Below, piece by piece: positions 20,084 to 29,986 of a stretch of DNA of 64,000 bases. Source of the DNA: Promethearchaeota archaeon. Its GTDB lineage: Archaea; Asgardarchaeota; Lokiarchaeia; Sigyniarchaeales; SOKP01. The notes beneath the pieces were generated by a model, which saw nothing but the letters and a program-made list of their open reading frames with translations, was not told the DNA's origin and searched no databases. How positions within the stretch are numbered: position 1 is the stretch's first letter; each line of letters begins with the position of its first letter. Where the stretch lies: positions 1 to 64,000 of the forward strand of contig JAFGGO010000129.1 in the NCBI GenBank assembly GCA_016930515.1, in the 5' to 3' direction. Made by a program: the position numbers and the translations under genes.

Positions 20084-20542
20084 TTGGACATAGAGATATT
20101 GAAAGAACTGTACGAAATTGGATTTGTATTCCGTGGGTTCGTCATCGTCCACCATAGTTTTAAGAAATTGCCCAAATTGTCGGGTAAAGAATATCAGGAC
20201 AAAAAAGACCTTAGAGGGGCGTTTGTATCCGCGATTAGCTCTTTTGTAGAATCTGCGTTTAATAACACATCGTTAGAATATTTAGAATCAGGAGATGTTC
20301 TATTCGTGTTTAAAATGGCAAAAATACAATCCTCAGATAACTATGAAAAGGAACCCATTATTTTATACGGTCTTATCGAGAAAAAAAAAAAGTCCGACAA
20401 GCTAGTTAAAAAATTCCTTGAAAAAATAGAACCACTCATGCTTTTGTTCATCCAAAAATATTCAAACAAGGATTTTTGCGAGTTAAACCAATTTGAATTG
20501 TTTAAGAAAAATATTATTGCCTATTTTAAGACCACAACATAG
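20084..20542 (+). CDS. Longin-like domain protein
   Basis: ~150 aa with DLRGAFVSAISSF helix, beta strands and F..KY...F..F C-terminal pattern typical of longin folds (by eye). Confidence 0.6.
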   Translation: MDIEILKELYEIGFVFRGFVIVHHSFKKLPKLSGKEYQDKKDLRGAFVSAISSFVESAFNNTSLEYLESGDVLFVFKMAKIQSSDNYEKEPIILYGLIEKKKKSDKLVKKFLEKIEPLMLLFIQKYSNKDFCELNQFELFKKNIIAYFKTTT

Positions 20543-20570
20543 ATTTTTTAATTATGAGAAATAAGCACTT

Positions 20571-22223
20571 TTATTGGTCGTTCAAGGACCACCCTCTTGG
20601 AGAACCGCGTGAATATTTTATAACACCATTTTCTTTCAGGGAATTAATTTTCTGTTCGATTTTATCTTTATCATGTCCTTTTTTTGCTATTGCCTCGATA
20701 AAATCGATTTTTGAAGGGATTATTTTTAATTGATTTAAATAATCAAGAATATCGTTCTTCAAATTATCGTTAATTAAATTGTTTTTTGATTCATTATATA
20801 GTACTTTACGGGATTTGCTAATTAAAGGGGGTTCTTGATAAACCAGATCCTCATTTACATTCTCATTATTGCTTATCTCACCGATTGACTCGATATCGTG
20901 AACAATATCCTTTTTATCCTCCTTTTCCTCCTTTTTTTCATATACAGGAAGATCAATCGTTTTGAATCTCAACAAATTCTCGAATTTTAATGCTTTTATT
21001 TCTTCATCTATTTCTTGAATTGAATATCCTATTTTAATTAATCGTTGTTTCACCAGATCTAAGAGAGGGGTCTCCTTTAATTCGTTCAAAATGGCAATAA
21101 TGTGATCTCTGATATTTGTTGCTATAACTAAAGGAGGATTTTTATTGTCTATTGATTTTTTTTTTAAATGTATGTGAGGTTTTTTTCTTTCAGGGATGTT
21201 CAAAAAGGGCTTTTTTCCCACTTCAAAATCGTATACATTTCTTAAAGTACGATCGTATCCACCAAAAACAATATGTTTTTTCCCATCTTTAGAGTCAGTA
21301 TAGGATGTTATTGTTTTTATTGATGATTTCATTTTTGATTTCCATTTTAAAGAGAAGTCGTGAGAGTCTAATTTAAAATTTTCAAAAACCCTCAATGACC
21401 CGTCTGCGCATCCTATAAGAAGCTCCCGAGAGTTATCACCGTCAATATCTTCTATTAAAGCTGATATAGGGCGACTATTTCGGATAGGAATGTACCTTAA
21501 TTTCTTACCATCTCCATTCAATATCTTTACATGAGAATCATCTGTACAGGTTATTATCTCGTTATATCCGTCATTACTTACATCCCCTACCTTTATCTCA
21601 TTAATTTGAGAGAATAATTTTGCTTGCCAAACAATGTTGGGAACAGCATCTTCAATGCGTACGAATTGAAGCAATCCTTTCTTCGTTCCAACAAGTAATC
21701 CAAATACTTGGTTTTTTTCTTCCGTTAATTTTAAGAACCCTGCGCATACGCTTGTTACCCAAGAATTGTAATACAAAACTATATCGGGAACTTCAGAAGA
21801 TAAATTTTTAAAAATCTTTAATGTTTTATCTTCACAACCGATTACAAGGGAAATATCTCCATCAGAATATAAGTTTCCTGCTGTACAACAAATTATTTTA
21901 GCACTAGATTTATAATGTTTTAATCCAAATAGCTTTCGGTTTGGTTTATCAATTTTTAACACTACGAAACTTCCATCGCCAGAACCCACGAGAATCTCTT
22001 CGCAACCATCCGCCGTGATGTCTATAGGATGGCTACAACGACACCACCCATCAAATGAAATATCATCTAGAATGTTTACATCAAGATCCATCAAGTAGAA
22101 ATACTTATCGTGTCCTCCAAAACACAAATAAATATCCTCTTCACATTTAACGGCACAACAGGTTAAAACAGCTTCAGGACATTCAAAAATCCACTCCTGA
22201 TGAAATCTCTTCTTGATTGTCAT
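20571..22223 (-). CDS. Beta-propeller (WD40/FG-GAP-like) protein with C-terminal winged-helix-like domains
   Basis: Repeats DITADGCEEILVG, DVSNDGYNEII, DIDGDNSRELLIG, GGYDRTLR; C-terminal ...LKENGVIKYSR...GW. Confidence 0.75.
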   Translation of the reverse strand: MTIKKRFHQEWIFECPEAVLTCCAVKCEEDIYLCFGGHDKYFYLMDLDVNILDDISFDGWCRCSHPIDITADGCEEILVGSGDGSFVVLKIDKPNRKLFGLKHYKSSAKIICCTAGNLYSDGDISLVIGCEDKTLKIFKNLSSEVPDIVLYYNSWVTSVCAGFLKLTEEKNQVFGLLVGTKKGLLQFVRIEDAVPNIVWQAKLFSQINEIKVGDVSNDGYNEIITCTDDSHVKILNGDGKKLRYIPIRNSRPISALIEDIDGDNSRELLIGCADGSLRVFENFKLDSHDFSLKWKSKMKSSIKTITSYTDSKDGKKHIVFGGYDRTLRNVYDFEVGKKPFLNIPERKKPHIHLKKKSIDNKNPPLVIATNIRDHIIAILNELKETPLLDLVKQRLIKIGYSIQEIDEEIKALKFENLLRFKTIDLPVYEKKEEKEDKKDIVHDIESIGEISNNENVNEDLVYQEPPLISKSRKVLYNESKNNLINDNLKNDILDYLNQLKIIPSKIDFIEAIAKKGHDKDKIEQKINSLKENGVIKYSRGSPRGWSLNDQ

Positions 22224-22345
22224 GTACTTATAATCAATCCGTGCTTATACGATATACTAATTTATTTAAACCTTAATCTAATAAGAACTCAACGGGTATT
22301 TAATTATTTGTGGATAGATATAAAAAAATAATAAAAAAAAAGGGA

Positions 22346-24544
22346 TTAATAACTTAATTGAGCTTCGCTTGGGCTATAGTCTCCCGAACCAGTGATCTCG
22401 TAGGTGATTTCAATTCTTTCTTCTTCTTCAAGCGTGTCAATAGACCATTTTAAAGTATCTTCACCAACCTCGTCAGTAATTTCGGGTTGCATGCTATAAT
22501 TTCCGTATTCGAAATTATCGGGTACTTTATCTAACAAGACCAAGTCGTTGAGAGCCATATTGCCAATATTCTCAATTGTTAAGATAATCTTGTATTGACC
22601 AAGACTGCCAATAGCTTCGATTTCTTTTCCAACTCTCAAGCGTCTTCTGATGTGCAACGCTTCTATGACCGGTACTTCAGGTCTATACTCTAGTTCATTG
22701 CTTAAAGGATAAGTGTTCGCAAGACAAATAATTTCTGATTCAAACCTCGCGTCTTTAGAAGGCTTGACGCAGTGAATAGGATAAATCGCTTCGAGCGTCG
22801 ATTCGGGTTCGAACATGCCCGTACTACTATTTTTCAAGTCTTTAAGAACAATACTAAGTATTCCTCCTTCAAAACTCACGGCGCTTGAATCTAATTCGAC
22901 TTCTCCGTCGTCAAGGAATAGTTTAATTTCGTCCGAAGAAGGAGGTTGATATTCTTCAGTAAAGAACTGTTGTTGTACCGTAACTTCATCTAATGGTGCA
23001 GATCCGTTGTTTAAAATTTTAACAGATGAATAAACATCCTTTTCCTTGAAGGTGGGCACTTGGATTAAATTTTCCAGTCCTTCTCGTTTCATGCCAGGTT
23101 CGATTTCTTTCAAGCTATAGATAACATCGCTTGTGATGCTCGCTATTGCCAATTCAACATCCGTAATGGCTACCGTACCGTTCACGATAGTCATAAAATT
23201 CGGCATGACGCGAAACTCGAGTTTCTTTCTGAACTGTGGATAATCTTCCGATTCTATCATCCAAGGTTTGGAATGAAATTGAGCACCCGCAGGCAATCTT
23301 GGTACATCACCTGGATCGATATCAACCAACTTATTTGAATTATCATCGGGAGAGTACACATCTGCGTTGAAGAGTTCTACGATGAATTCGGAACTATTTT
23401 CGAAGACTAATTTGCAATCCCACACTTCTGGTTCTTCGTCTCGTTCAATTATATCGACATAGAACTTGTTTCGAGTGTAAGCGTCGAATTTATCAATGTC
23501 TAATCCTCCAGAGAACGAAGAAGATGCTTGGAAGGAAACTTCGATAGGTCCCGTTTTTACCGCTTGAATCGATGAAACTTGGATCGTTGCCGTAAAAGTT
23601 AAGAGTTCAGTTGTTTTGGGATCTATTTTATCGATGTTCCAAATTAACTCGTCTCCCGAAACTTCTGCTCTACCAACGCTAGTATCTTTAATCGTAACGT
23701 TCGAATATTCGGAAAGGATGGTTTTTACAACCTTGACATTAGCAATTGGTTTTTCAAACTGGCTCCTCATGGCAATGACAAAGGTAACGGTGTTTTCTTT
23801 ATCAATCGAAATACCGTATGACTCTAAGGAATACTCTCCAGCGACTCCACCATCATAAAGGTCCTCATCTTCATCTTCATCCTTATCCTCGTCCATATCA
23901 GTTGAGGAACTCGATTCGATGGTTTCTGTTGCGCTCTTTTTGCTTTCTAGAGTGAGCAAGTGTGATTCGATGTCCTTGATATTTAAGATGTTATCAGCAT
24001 CAGGAAGAGTATTTACATATTCTTTAACGAGTAATAAGTTTTTAGCTTCTCCTGCGATTTTAAAATCGCGAGAGTCAACATTATTATCGTCGTCCGTGCC
24101 TAATTCTCGAATCTGAATCTGGTCGGATTTTAGATTAGTTTCTCCGATATTTTTCAATGTAATATCGATATCCCATATCCTATCTACTTTACTTGGATTC
24201 TCAACATTTAATTTTCCCGCAAATCCAATTGACTCGATATTAGCCTCGTGATCTTGCTTGACCTTTACATCCTCTATAATTTTAACGAGTGCTAATTTAC
24301 CTCGGCGATTTCCGTCCTTTAGGAGTATTTTTCCTTCCAGCTCTCCCGTATCCTCGTCGTAAGTCTCGATAAATGGAGTTGATGTGTCTTTATCAATAAG
24401 TTCGACGTAGCCCTCGTCCATATCGATACTTTTCATGCCTTCCGCTTCCAAAGCTTCATCTTGGTCTTCTGCGTCCCAACCCATTGTCCTGGACGAAGTT
24501 GAAGAAGAAGGTTTAATATCCTCACTTTTCTTTTTTCTCGCCAT
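22346..24544 (-). CDS. Acidic all-beta protein containing an adaptin mu-homology-like domain plus Ig-like domains
   Basis: VKIIEDVKV...GKLNV; MRSQFEKPIANVKV...VGRA...ELIWNI...GPIEVSF...SGGLDI parallel AP mu C-terminal motifs. Confidence 0.6.
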   Translation of the reverse strand: MARKKKSEDIKPSSSTSSRTMGWDAEDQDEALEAEGMKSIDMDEGYVELIDKDTSTPFIETYDEDTGELEGKILLKDGNRRGKLALVKIIEDVKVKQDHEANIESIGFAGKLNVENPSKVDRIWDIDITLKNIGETNLKSDQIQIRELGTDDDNNVDSRDFKIAGEAKNLLLVKEYVNTLPDADNILNIKDIESHLLTLESKKSATETIESSSSTDMDEDKDEDEDEDLYDGGVAGEYSLESYGISIDKENTVTFVIAMRSQFEKPIANVKVVKTILSEYSNVTIKDTSVGRAEVSGDELIWNIDKIDPKTTELLTFTATIQVSSIQAVKTGPIEVSFQASSSFSGGLDIDKFDAYTRNKFYVDIIERDEEPEVWDCKLVFENSSEFIVELFNADVYSPDDNSNKLVDIDPGDVPRLPAGAQFHSKPWMIESEDYPQFRKKLEFRVMPNFMTIVNGTVAITDVELAIASITSDVIYSLKEIEPGMKREGLENLIQVPTFKEKDVYSSVKILNNGSAPLDEVTVQQQFFTEEYQPPSSDEIKLFLDDGEVELDSSAVSFEGGILSIVLKDLKNSSTGMFEPESTLEAIYPIHCVKPSKDARFESEIICLANTYPLSNELEYRPEVPVIEALHIRRRLRVGKEIEAIGSLGQYKIILTIENIGNMALNDLVLLDKVPDNFEYGNYSMQPEITDEVGEDTLKWSIDTLEEEERIEITYEITGSGDYSPSEAQLSY

Positions 24545-24678
24545 AGTTAATTACTCTTGTTTTTTTTATTGTATATAACTCCGTTATTGAGTTAATTAAA
24601 ATTTAATCAATATACCTATAAAATACTTTTTTTTTATAGTTTATAGAGTTTATATTTAATTAAGTTACATATAAACAT

Positions 24679-26076
24679 TTACTTTTTAGGGATTAGAACT
24701 AACAACATGTCGTTTACATTACAACCAGTCAAGCCCGTAATAATGTCGGTACCAAGCTGTCTAAAGCAAAGATTTGAATTATTGTTCTTTAAATATTCAA
24801 AAAGTTTCAAATCAAACTTTAGAGCATCTTTGACAACTTGATTGTCTATCAAGGCTCCCATTGCATTGCTATTGCCATCCAAACCGTCAAAATTGATTGC
24901 CATTACGAGAAAGTCACTTTTTATTTCCTGTTCTAACGCGTATTCGAGAAAAGAAAGAAGCATTTCTTGATTTCGTCCTCCAATACCATCACCCTTGACG
25001 GTTACGGTAAGTTCACCCGATCCAATTAACGCCAGGCTTTCAGACCACAACTGAGGAAAATTTCTCGCTTTTCCAAGCATTATATCAAGCAATAAACGCC
25101 CATACTTCCTTGCTTCTCCCGAAACTTGATCTGAAAAATATACTGTTTTAAATCCATTTATATTTAAATATCTAGCGATCTCAACTACAGCATCTTTCAC
25201 GCTACCAATTAAATAATTATGAATATTATTGCTAAGTTCCATTTTTTCAAAATTTGACCTTTGTAAAATCTTTAGAATCTTTTTAGGGATTTTCTTGGCA
25301 AGATCGTATTTTTCAAGAACATTTAACGCATCTTCGGGAGAATTTTGGTTTGGAATTGTAGGGCCCGAAGCTATTACTTGTAGATCGTCTCCCAAGACAT
25401 CGGAAATAATCAGAGATATCATTGTAGCCTTGCTGGATCTTGAAAGTATTTGTGCAAGCTTCCCACCCTTGACTTTCGATAAGAATTTTCTCACGATATT
25501 GATTTCCTGTATGGAAGCTCCCGATGCTAATAATAACGAGTTAATTTGTCTTAACGATTCTATAGTTATTCCCTTTCTTGGAAGAACAAGTAATGAAGAG
25601 CCTCCTCCCGAAAACAAGCAGATCACAAGATCTTGGTCGGAGCTATTACGGAGGATATTCACCATTTGACTGGTTGCTTTCACTGTACTTTCGTCTGGGA
25701 GGGGATGAGACATCTCATTGACAGTTACTTTTATTGAGGAAAGATTTAATTGAATCTGAGAACCCTTTGGCACATTAATTACGCCGTTGAAGGCATTAAT
25801 ACCCACATCTAAAAGTCTTTTTTCCAAAGCGACAAGCATGCCAAGAATCGCTTTACCGGCACCGATTACATGAACCTTTTGAAATTGATTTAAATCAAAC
25901 GAATCACCGTTTACTTCTAATCTAGTTCCTCTGAAATATAAATTGTCGTTAATGAGTTTCTCGGGATTTATTGCAGATAAGCCTAACTCAAGAGCGTTCA
26001 AGGCCAGATTTCTTAATTTTGATAGGTTAGCATTCAAGGTTCTTGGTTCTAATCGCCATCTCTCTAAAAAATGCAT
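24679..26076 (-). CDS. Glycerate 2-kinase (MOFRL/DUF4147 family)
   Basis: GAGKA, HPLP, SGGGSSL, KVKGG, SDVLGD..IASGPT, GGRNQE, TGCNVND. Confidence 0.9.
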   Translation of the reverse strand: MHFLERWRLEPRTLNANLSKLRNLALNALELGLSAINPEKLINDNLYFRGTRLEVNGDSFDLNQFQKVHVIGAGKAILGMLVALEKRLLDVGINAFNGVINVPKGSQIQLNLSSIKVTVNEMSHPLPDESTVKATSQMVNILRNSSDQDLVICLFSGGGSSLLVLPRKGITIESLRQINSLLLASGASIQEINIVRKFLSKVKGGKLAQILSRSSKATMISLIISDVLGDDLQVIASGPTIPNQNSPEDALNVLEKYDLAKKIPKKILKILQRSNFEKMELSNNIHNYLIGSVKDAVVEIARYLNINGFKTVYFSDQVSGEARKYGRLLLDIMLGKARNFPQLWSESLALIGSGELTVTVKGDGIGGRNQEMLLSFLEYALEQEIKSDFLVMAINFDGLDGNSNAMGALIDNQVVKDALKFDLKLFEYLKNNNSNLCFRQLGTDIITGLTGCNVNDMLLVLIPKK

Positions 26077-26386
26077 GGTGTTTCACATTCTCATCTTAAT
26101 TAGCATCTTATAATAATCGCATAATAGATTTTTTTTTTTGTTTAAATTAATTAAAAGAATAATATTGTTATTGTTTTCGATCAAGAATATGATTTATAAA
26201 TATTCGATTCTGATCGTTTCCTTATTTCACTAGGTGAATTAATTAGTAGAAAAGACGATTTTTGATCCTTATCGGATGTTAATCTTGAGATAATTGTATA
26301 AATAAAGTTAATATTTTCTTCACTATTTTTCTACACAATATATATTCATAAACTTGCAAGTAATTACAATCGTCATTGATGAAAAC

Positions 26387-27877
26387 ATGAGTGAAATTTA
26401 CGATGTAGCCGTTATTGGCGCAGGTCCTGGAGGATATCACTCCGCAATTAGGGCCGCTCAATACGGTGCTAAAGTTGCGTTAATTGAGAAAGCCAAGCTA
26501 GGTGGAACATGTCTTAATTGGGGGTGCATTCCAACCAAGGCGTTATACGCCTCGGCGCACTTGATCGAGCAGATTAAAGAAGCGGGAGAATTTGGAGTGG
26601 AGGTTTCATCGTTCACGCCTAACTTCGCGAAGGCAGTGGAACGCAAGAACAAGGTGGTAAAGGAATTAGTAGAAGGTATCGATGGTTTGCAAAAAGCATG
26701 GAAAAACGATGTGTTTTTTGGTAGCGGAAAGATTGTTGGAGGCCGTTTCCCCGATGGATACGAAATTTCCGTTCAAGGACAAGACAATACCACGATAAAG
26801 GCGAAAACGATCCTAATCGCCACGGGTTCTTCTCCTGCGTTGATCCCTGCGTTTAATATCGACCACGAAAGAATATTGACGAGCGATGACATACTCAGCC
26901 CTGATTTTAAGATCGTTCCAAATAAAATCTTGATTGTTGGGGCAGGCGTTATTGGATGTGAATTTGCAAACATTTTTGCAACCTTCGGAAGTCAAGTCGA
27001 ATTACTAGAGTTTTTACCTACTCCGATAGCCACCGAAGAACCAATGATCATTAAAGAACTCCAAAAAAAGCTCGAATCCAAGGGTATCAAGATTCACGTT
27101 TCTCAAGCAGTATTATCGGTTGAAAATACGGGCTCTGGCGTTAAAGCCACCACTTGCTCTGCTGATGTACCTCGGGACAAGCAAAACGACCCTTCTACGG
27201 AAAAGTTCGTTTATGATGCTGACTTATGCTTAGTATCTATCGGAAGAGGTCGAGAATCTGCAAACATCGGCTTGGAGGGACTCGGTATCGAAACCGATAG
27301 GGGAGCCATCAAAATCGACACGAAGACTTGTGAAACTTCTGCCAAGGGAATATACGCAATTGGAGACGTGGCAGCTTCGGGTGCTCCGATGTTAGCTCAC
27401 GTGGCAAGCTATATGGGAGATGTTGCCGTTGCAAACGCCCTTTCGAGCTTAGGAGGATTTCCTGCCAAGCCCATGACAACTAATTACGATGTTGTACCCG
27501 CAACGATCTTTACTTCTCCAAACATCGGTTCGGTTGGTCTCAGAAGAAAAACCGCTAAGGACAAAGGTATCGATGTTCTAATGGGACAATTTCCATACCA
27601 ATCTCTCGGAAAAGCCAAGTGCATGGGGGAAGAAGAAGGTTTTATCATGATTTTAGCGGATAAGCAGACGCATAAGATCGTTGGTGCCTCGTGCATCGGC
27701 GCCGAAGCTCCAGAGCTCATCTCCGAAGTAGCTCTGGCAATGGAATACGGACTCACTGTACACGACATTGGTGAAACTATCCACTCTCACCCTACTATCA
27801 GCGAGATGGTCTTGGAAGGAGCAGAAGCGGTCGTGGGAAAAGCAGTCCACAAGAAGGGAAGGCCAATCCACCATTAA
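26387..27877 (+). CDS. lpdA: Dihydrolipoyl dehydrogenase
   Basis: GAGPGG, GGTCLNWGCIPTK, GAGVIGCE, HPTISE. Confidence 0.95.
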   Translation: MSEIYDVAVIGAGPGGYHSAIRAAQYGAKVALIEKAKLGGTCLNWGCIPTKALYASAHLIEQIKEAGEFGVEVSSFTPNFAKAVERKNKVVKELVEGIDGLQKAWKNDVFFGSGKIVGGRFPDGYEISVQGQDNTTIKAKTILIATGSSPALIPAFNIDHERILTSDDILSPDFKIVPNKILIVGAGVIGCEFANIFATFGSQVELLEFLPTPIATEEPMIIKELQKKLESKGIKIHVSQAVLSVENTGSGVKATTCSADVPRDKQNDPSTEKFVYDADLCLVSIGRGRESANIGLEGLGIETDRGAIKIDTKTCETSAKGIYAIGDVAASGAPMLAHVASYMGDVAVANALSSLGGFPAKPMTTNYDVVPATIFTSPNIGSVGLRRKTAKDKGIDVLMGQFPYQSLGKAKCMGEEEGFIMILADKQTHKIVGASCIGAEAPELISEVALAMEYGLTVHDIGETIHSHPTISEMVLEGAEAVVGKAVHKKGRPIHH

Positions 27878-28032
27878 TTCTATTTTTTCTTTCTTTTTAA
27901 TTTTTCTCATTTGACCTTATAATTTTTGTTTTAAAGAGATAATTATCTTAGTTTTTGTCTGAATAAACCAAGTTATTTCAATTTTAAAACATTAGGAATA
28001 TTTTTTTAAATTGCTCTAAATAGTTTGTCTTT

Positions 28033-28782
28033 ATGAATGTCAATCCTAGTGAAAGAGACTGCTATGGAGACGATTTTCAGGAAAAATCGAAATATAAAAA
28101 GGGTAAGTTACCTCAACACGATTTAAATTGGCCCAATAAGCCCAAGCAATATAAGGATTACGAGAATGCGCTCTTTCGAGTGGTGCTTCCTAAATTGGAG
28201 TTTAATACGGGTATCGAATTTTGGAAAACGCTTTTGAATCGCCACTCTACGAGATCTTATAGTAAAATACCCTTAACTCTTAAAGAGCTTGGCTTTTTGC
28301 TATTTGGGATGTGCGGTTTAACCAGAAAGTATCCCGATTATGCCTTCCGAACCACGCCTTCTGCGGGAGGCTTATATCCAATTGAGGTGTACCCGATCGT
28401 AAATAATGTAGAAAAACTTAAAGAGGGCATCTATCACTACGATATAAAAAATCACGCTCTTGAATGTTTAAAGGAAGGTGATTTCAAGGCAAAAACTTGT
28501 GACGCGTGTCTTGGTCAGAAAATGGTGCTAAATTCAGCCGTTAATTTTGCTTGGACTGCAATTATCGCCCGATCTGAGTGGAAGTACCTTCAACGCTGTT
28601 ATCGATACATTTATCTTGATTGCGGACACATCGCACAGAATTTTTGTCTCGTTGCCGAAGCGCTAAACTTGGGTGCTTGTACCATTGGAGCGTTATACGA
28701 TGACGAATTAAACGCTATTCTTGGTATTGATGGCATCAATGAGACCATAATTTATGTAGGAGTTGTAGGAAATATCAAATAA
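28033..28782 (+). CDS. SagB/ThcOx-family nitroreductase-like protein
   Basis: RHSTRSY, RTTPSAGGLYPIE, YRYIYLDCGHIAQN. Confidence 0.9.
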   Translation: MNVNPSERDCYGDDFQEKSKYKKGKLPQHDLNWPNKPKQYKDYENALFRVVLPKLEFNTGIEFWKTLLNRHSTRSYSKIPLTLKELGFLLFGMCGLTRKYPDYAFRTTPSAGGLYPIEVYPIVNNVEKLKEGIYHYDIKNHALECLKEGDFKAKTCDACLGQKMVLNSAVNFAWTAIIARSEWKYLQRCYRYIYLDCGHIAQNFCLVAEALNLGACTIGALYDDELNAILGIDGINETIIYVGVVGNIK

Positions 28783-29029
28783 CTAAATTCAATTAAAAAA
28801 AGATCTTTTTTGATAATATATCGCTATCCTATTGATCCTTTCTAATTTTATATGATTAACTCTTTTTAATGTATATATATTTTAATTTGATTAATTAAGG
28901 AATACTTCATGATTATAGAGCCGGTTTTTTTTAATATTTTTTCCTCCAATTTAGTCGCACCTAAAATTTATATAAAATGATTGATTATTTTTACAAAAAT
29001 AGTAAAATTATTTTCAATTGGTGCAATAA

Positions 29030-29962
29030 GTGAAGATTTTAGTTTACGGTGCTGGAGTTATTGGAAGCATTTTTAGCTATAAATTAAAGAATGCAGGGCA
29101 TGATGTGAGCCTCTTAGCTCGTGGAGAACGCTTTCAATATTTAAAAGAAAACGGACTTAATTTAAGAGACGACATCGCACACGAAAAATATCACATACAA
29201 ATTGATGTAGTAGAGGCACTTGATCTCAAAGACAATTACGATTTAATCTTGGTCATAATGCAAAGACAACAAGTTTCGCAAGTGCTACCTGTCCTACAAA
29301 AGATTTCGAAAGTCCCCACGATCGTTTTTATTGGAAATAACGCAGTCGGGGCCAATGAATATCTACAACAAATAGATAATGAGAAGATTTTACTAGGATT
29401 TGGAGGGCCAGGAGGTTATCGAGAAGATGGCGTTGTTGTTGGAGCCTATTTAGACAAGGCGATATTATATGTCGGAGAAATCAATGGAAGCAGGAGCGAG
29501 CGTTTAGAAGTGATTAAAAAGGAATTTACAAGAGCGGGAATTGAAGTTGATTTAGTTAAAAATATAGACATGTGGTTGAAAACACACATCTCAATAATAA
29601 GTCCGTTGGCCATGGGGAGCTACGCTGCGTTTAAGCGACAAATTAAATTCTGGCAAGATAAGCAATTGATAAATTTGGTAATAGATTCGATGAGAGAAAA
29701 TATAAAAGCATTAAAGGAGCTTAATATAGAGATTCTCCCTAAAAAATTTAAAAATTTAATTAGAATGCCTCGATTCTTTATCAGAAAAATATTAATAAAA
29801 CTCCTTGACTCTGAATTTGGTAGAATAGCACTTTCTTCTCACGCAGTCGCAGCTAAAGGTGAGATGGAACAATTAACAGACGATTTATTCGATTTTATAA
29901 AAAATTCGAAAATGGATCTCATTGCAAATAGAAAATTGTATGCTCTAAGTTTTGGAAATTAA
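29030..29962 (+). CDS. Ketopantoate reductase-like protein
   Basis: MKILVYGAGVIGS, LARG. Confidence 0.8.
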   Translation: MKILVYGAGVIGSIFSYKLKNAGHDVSLLARGERFQYLKENGLNLRDDIAHEKYHIQIDVVEALDLKDNYDLILVIMQRQQVSQVLPVLQKISKVPTIVFIGNNAVGANEYLQQIDNEKILLGFGGPGGYREDGVVVGAYLDKAILYVGEINGSRSERLEVIKKEFTRAGIEVDLVKNIDMWLKTHISIISPLAMGSYAAFKRQIKFWQDKQLINLVIDSMRENIKALKELNIEILPKKFKNLIRMPRFFIRKILIKLLDSEFGRIALSSHAVAAKGEMEQLTDDLFDFIKNSKMDLIANRKLYALSFGN

Positions 29963-29986
29963 AAAAAAAATTTTTTGGAAATATCG

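Noticed and set aside
28033-28782. RiPP (azole) biosynthetic cluster around the SagB-like gene
   Set aside because: No YcaO or adjacent precursor; stand-alone SagB-like nitroreductases are common in archaea.
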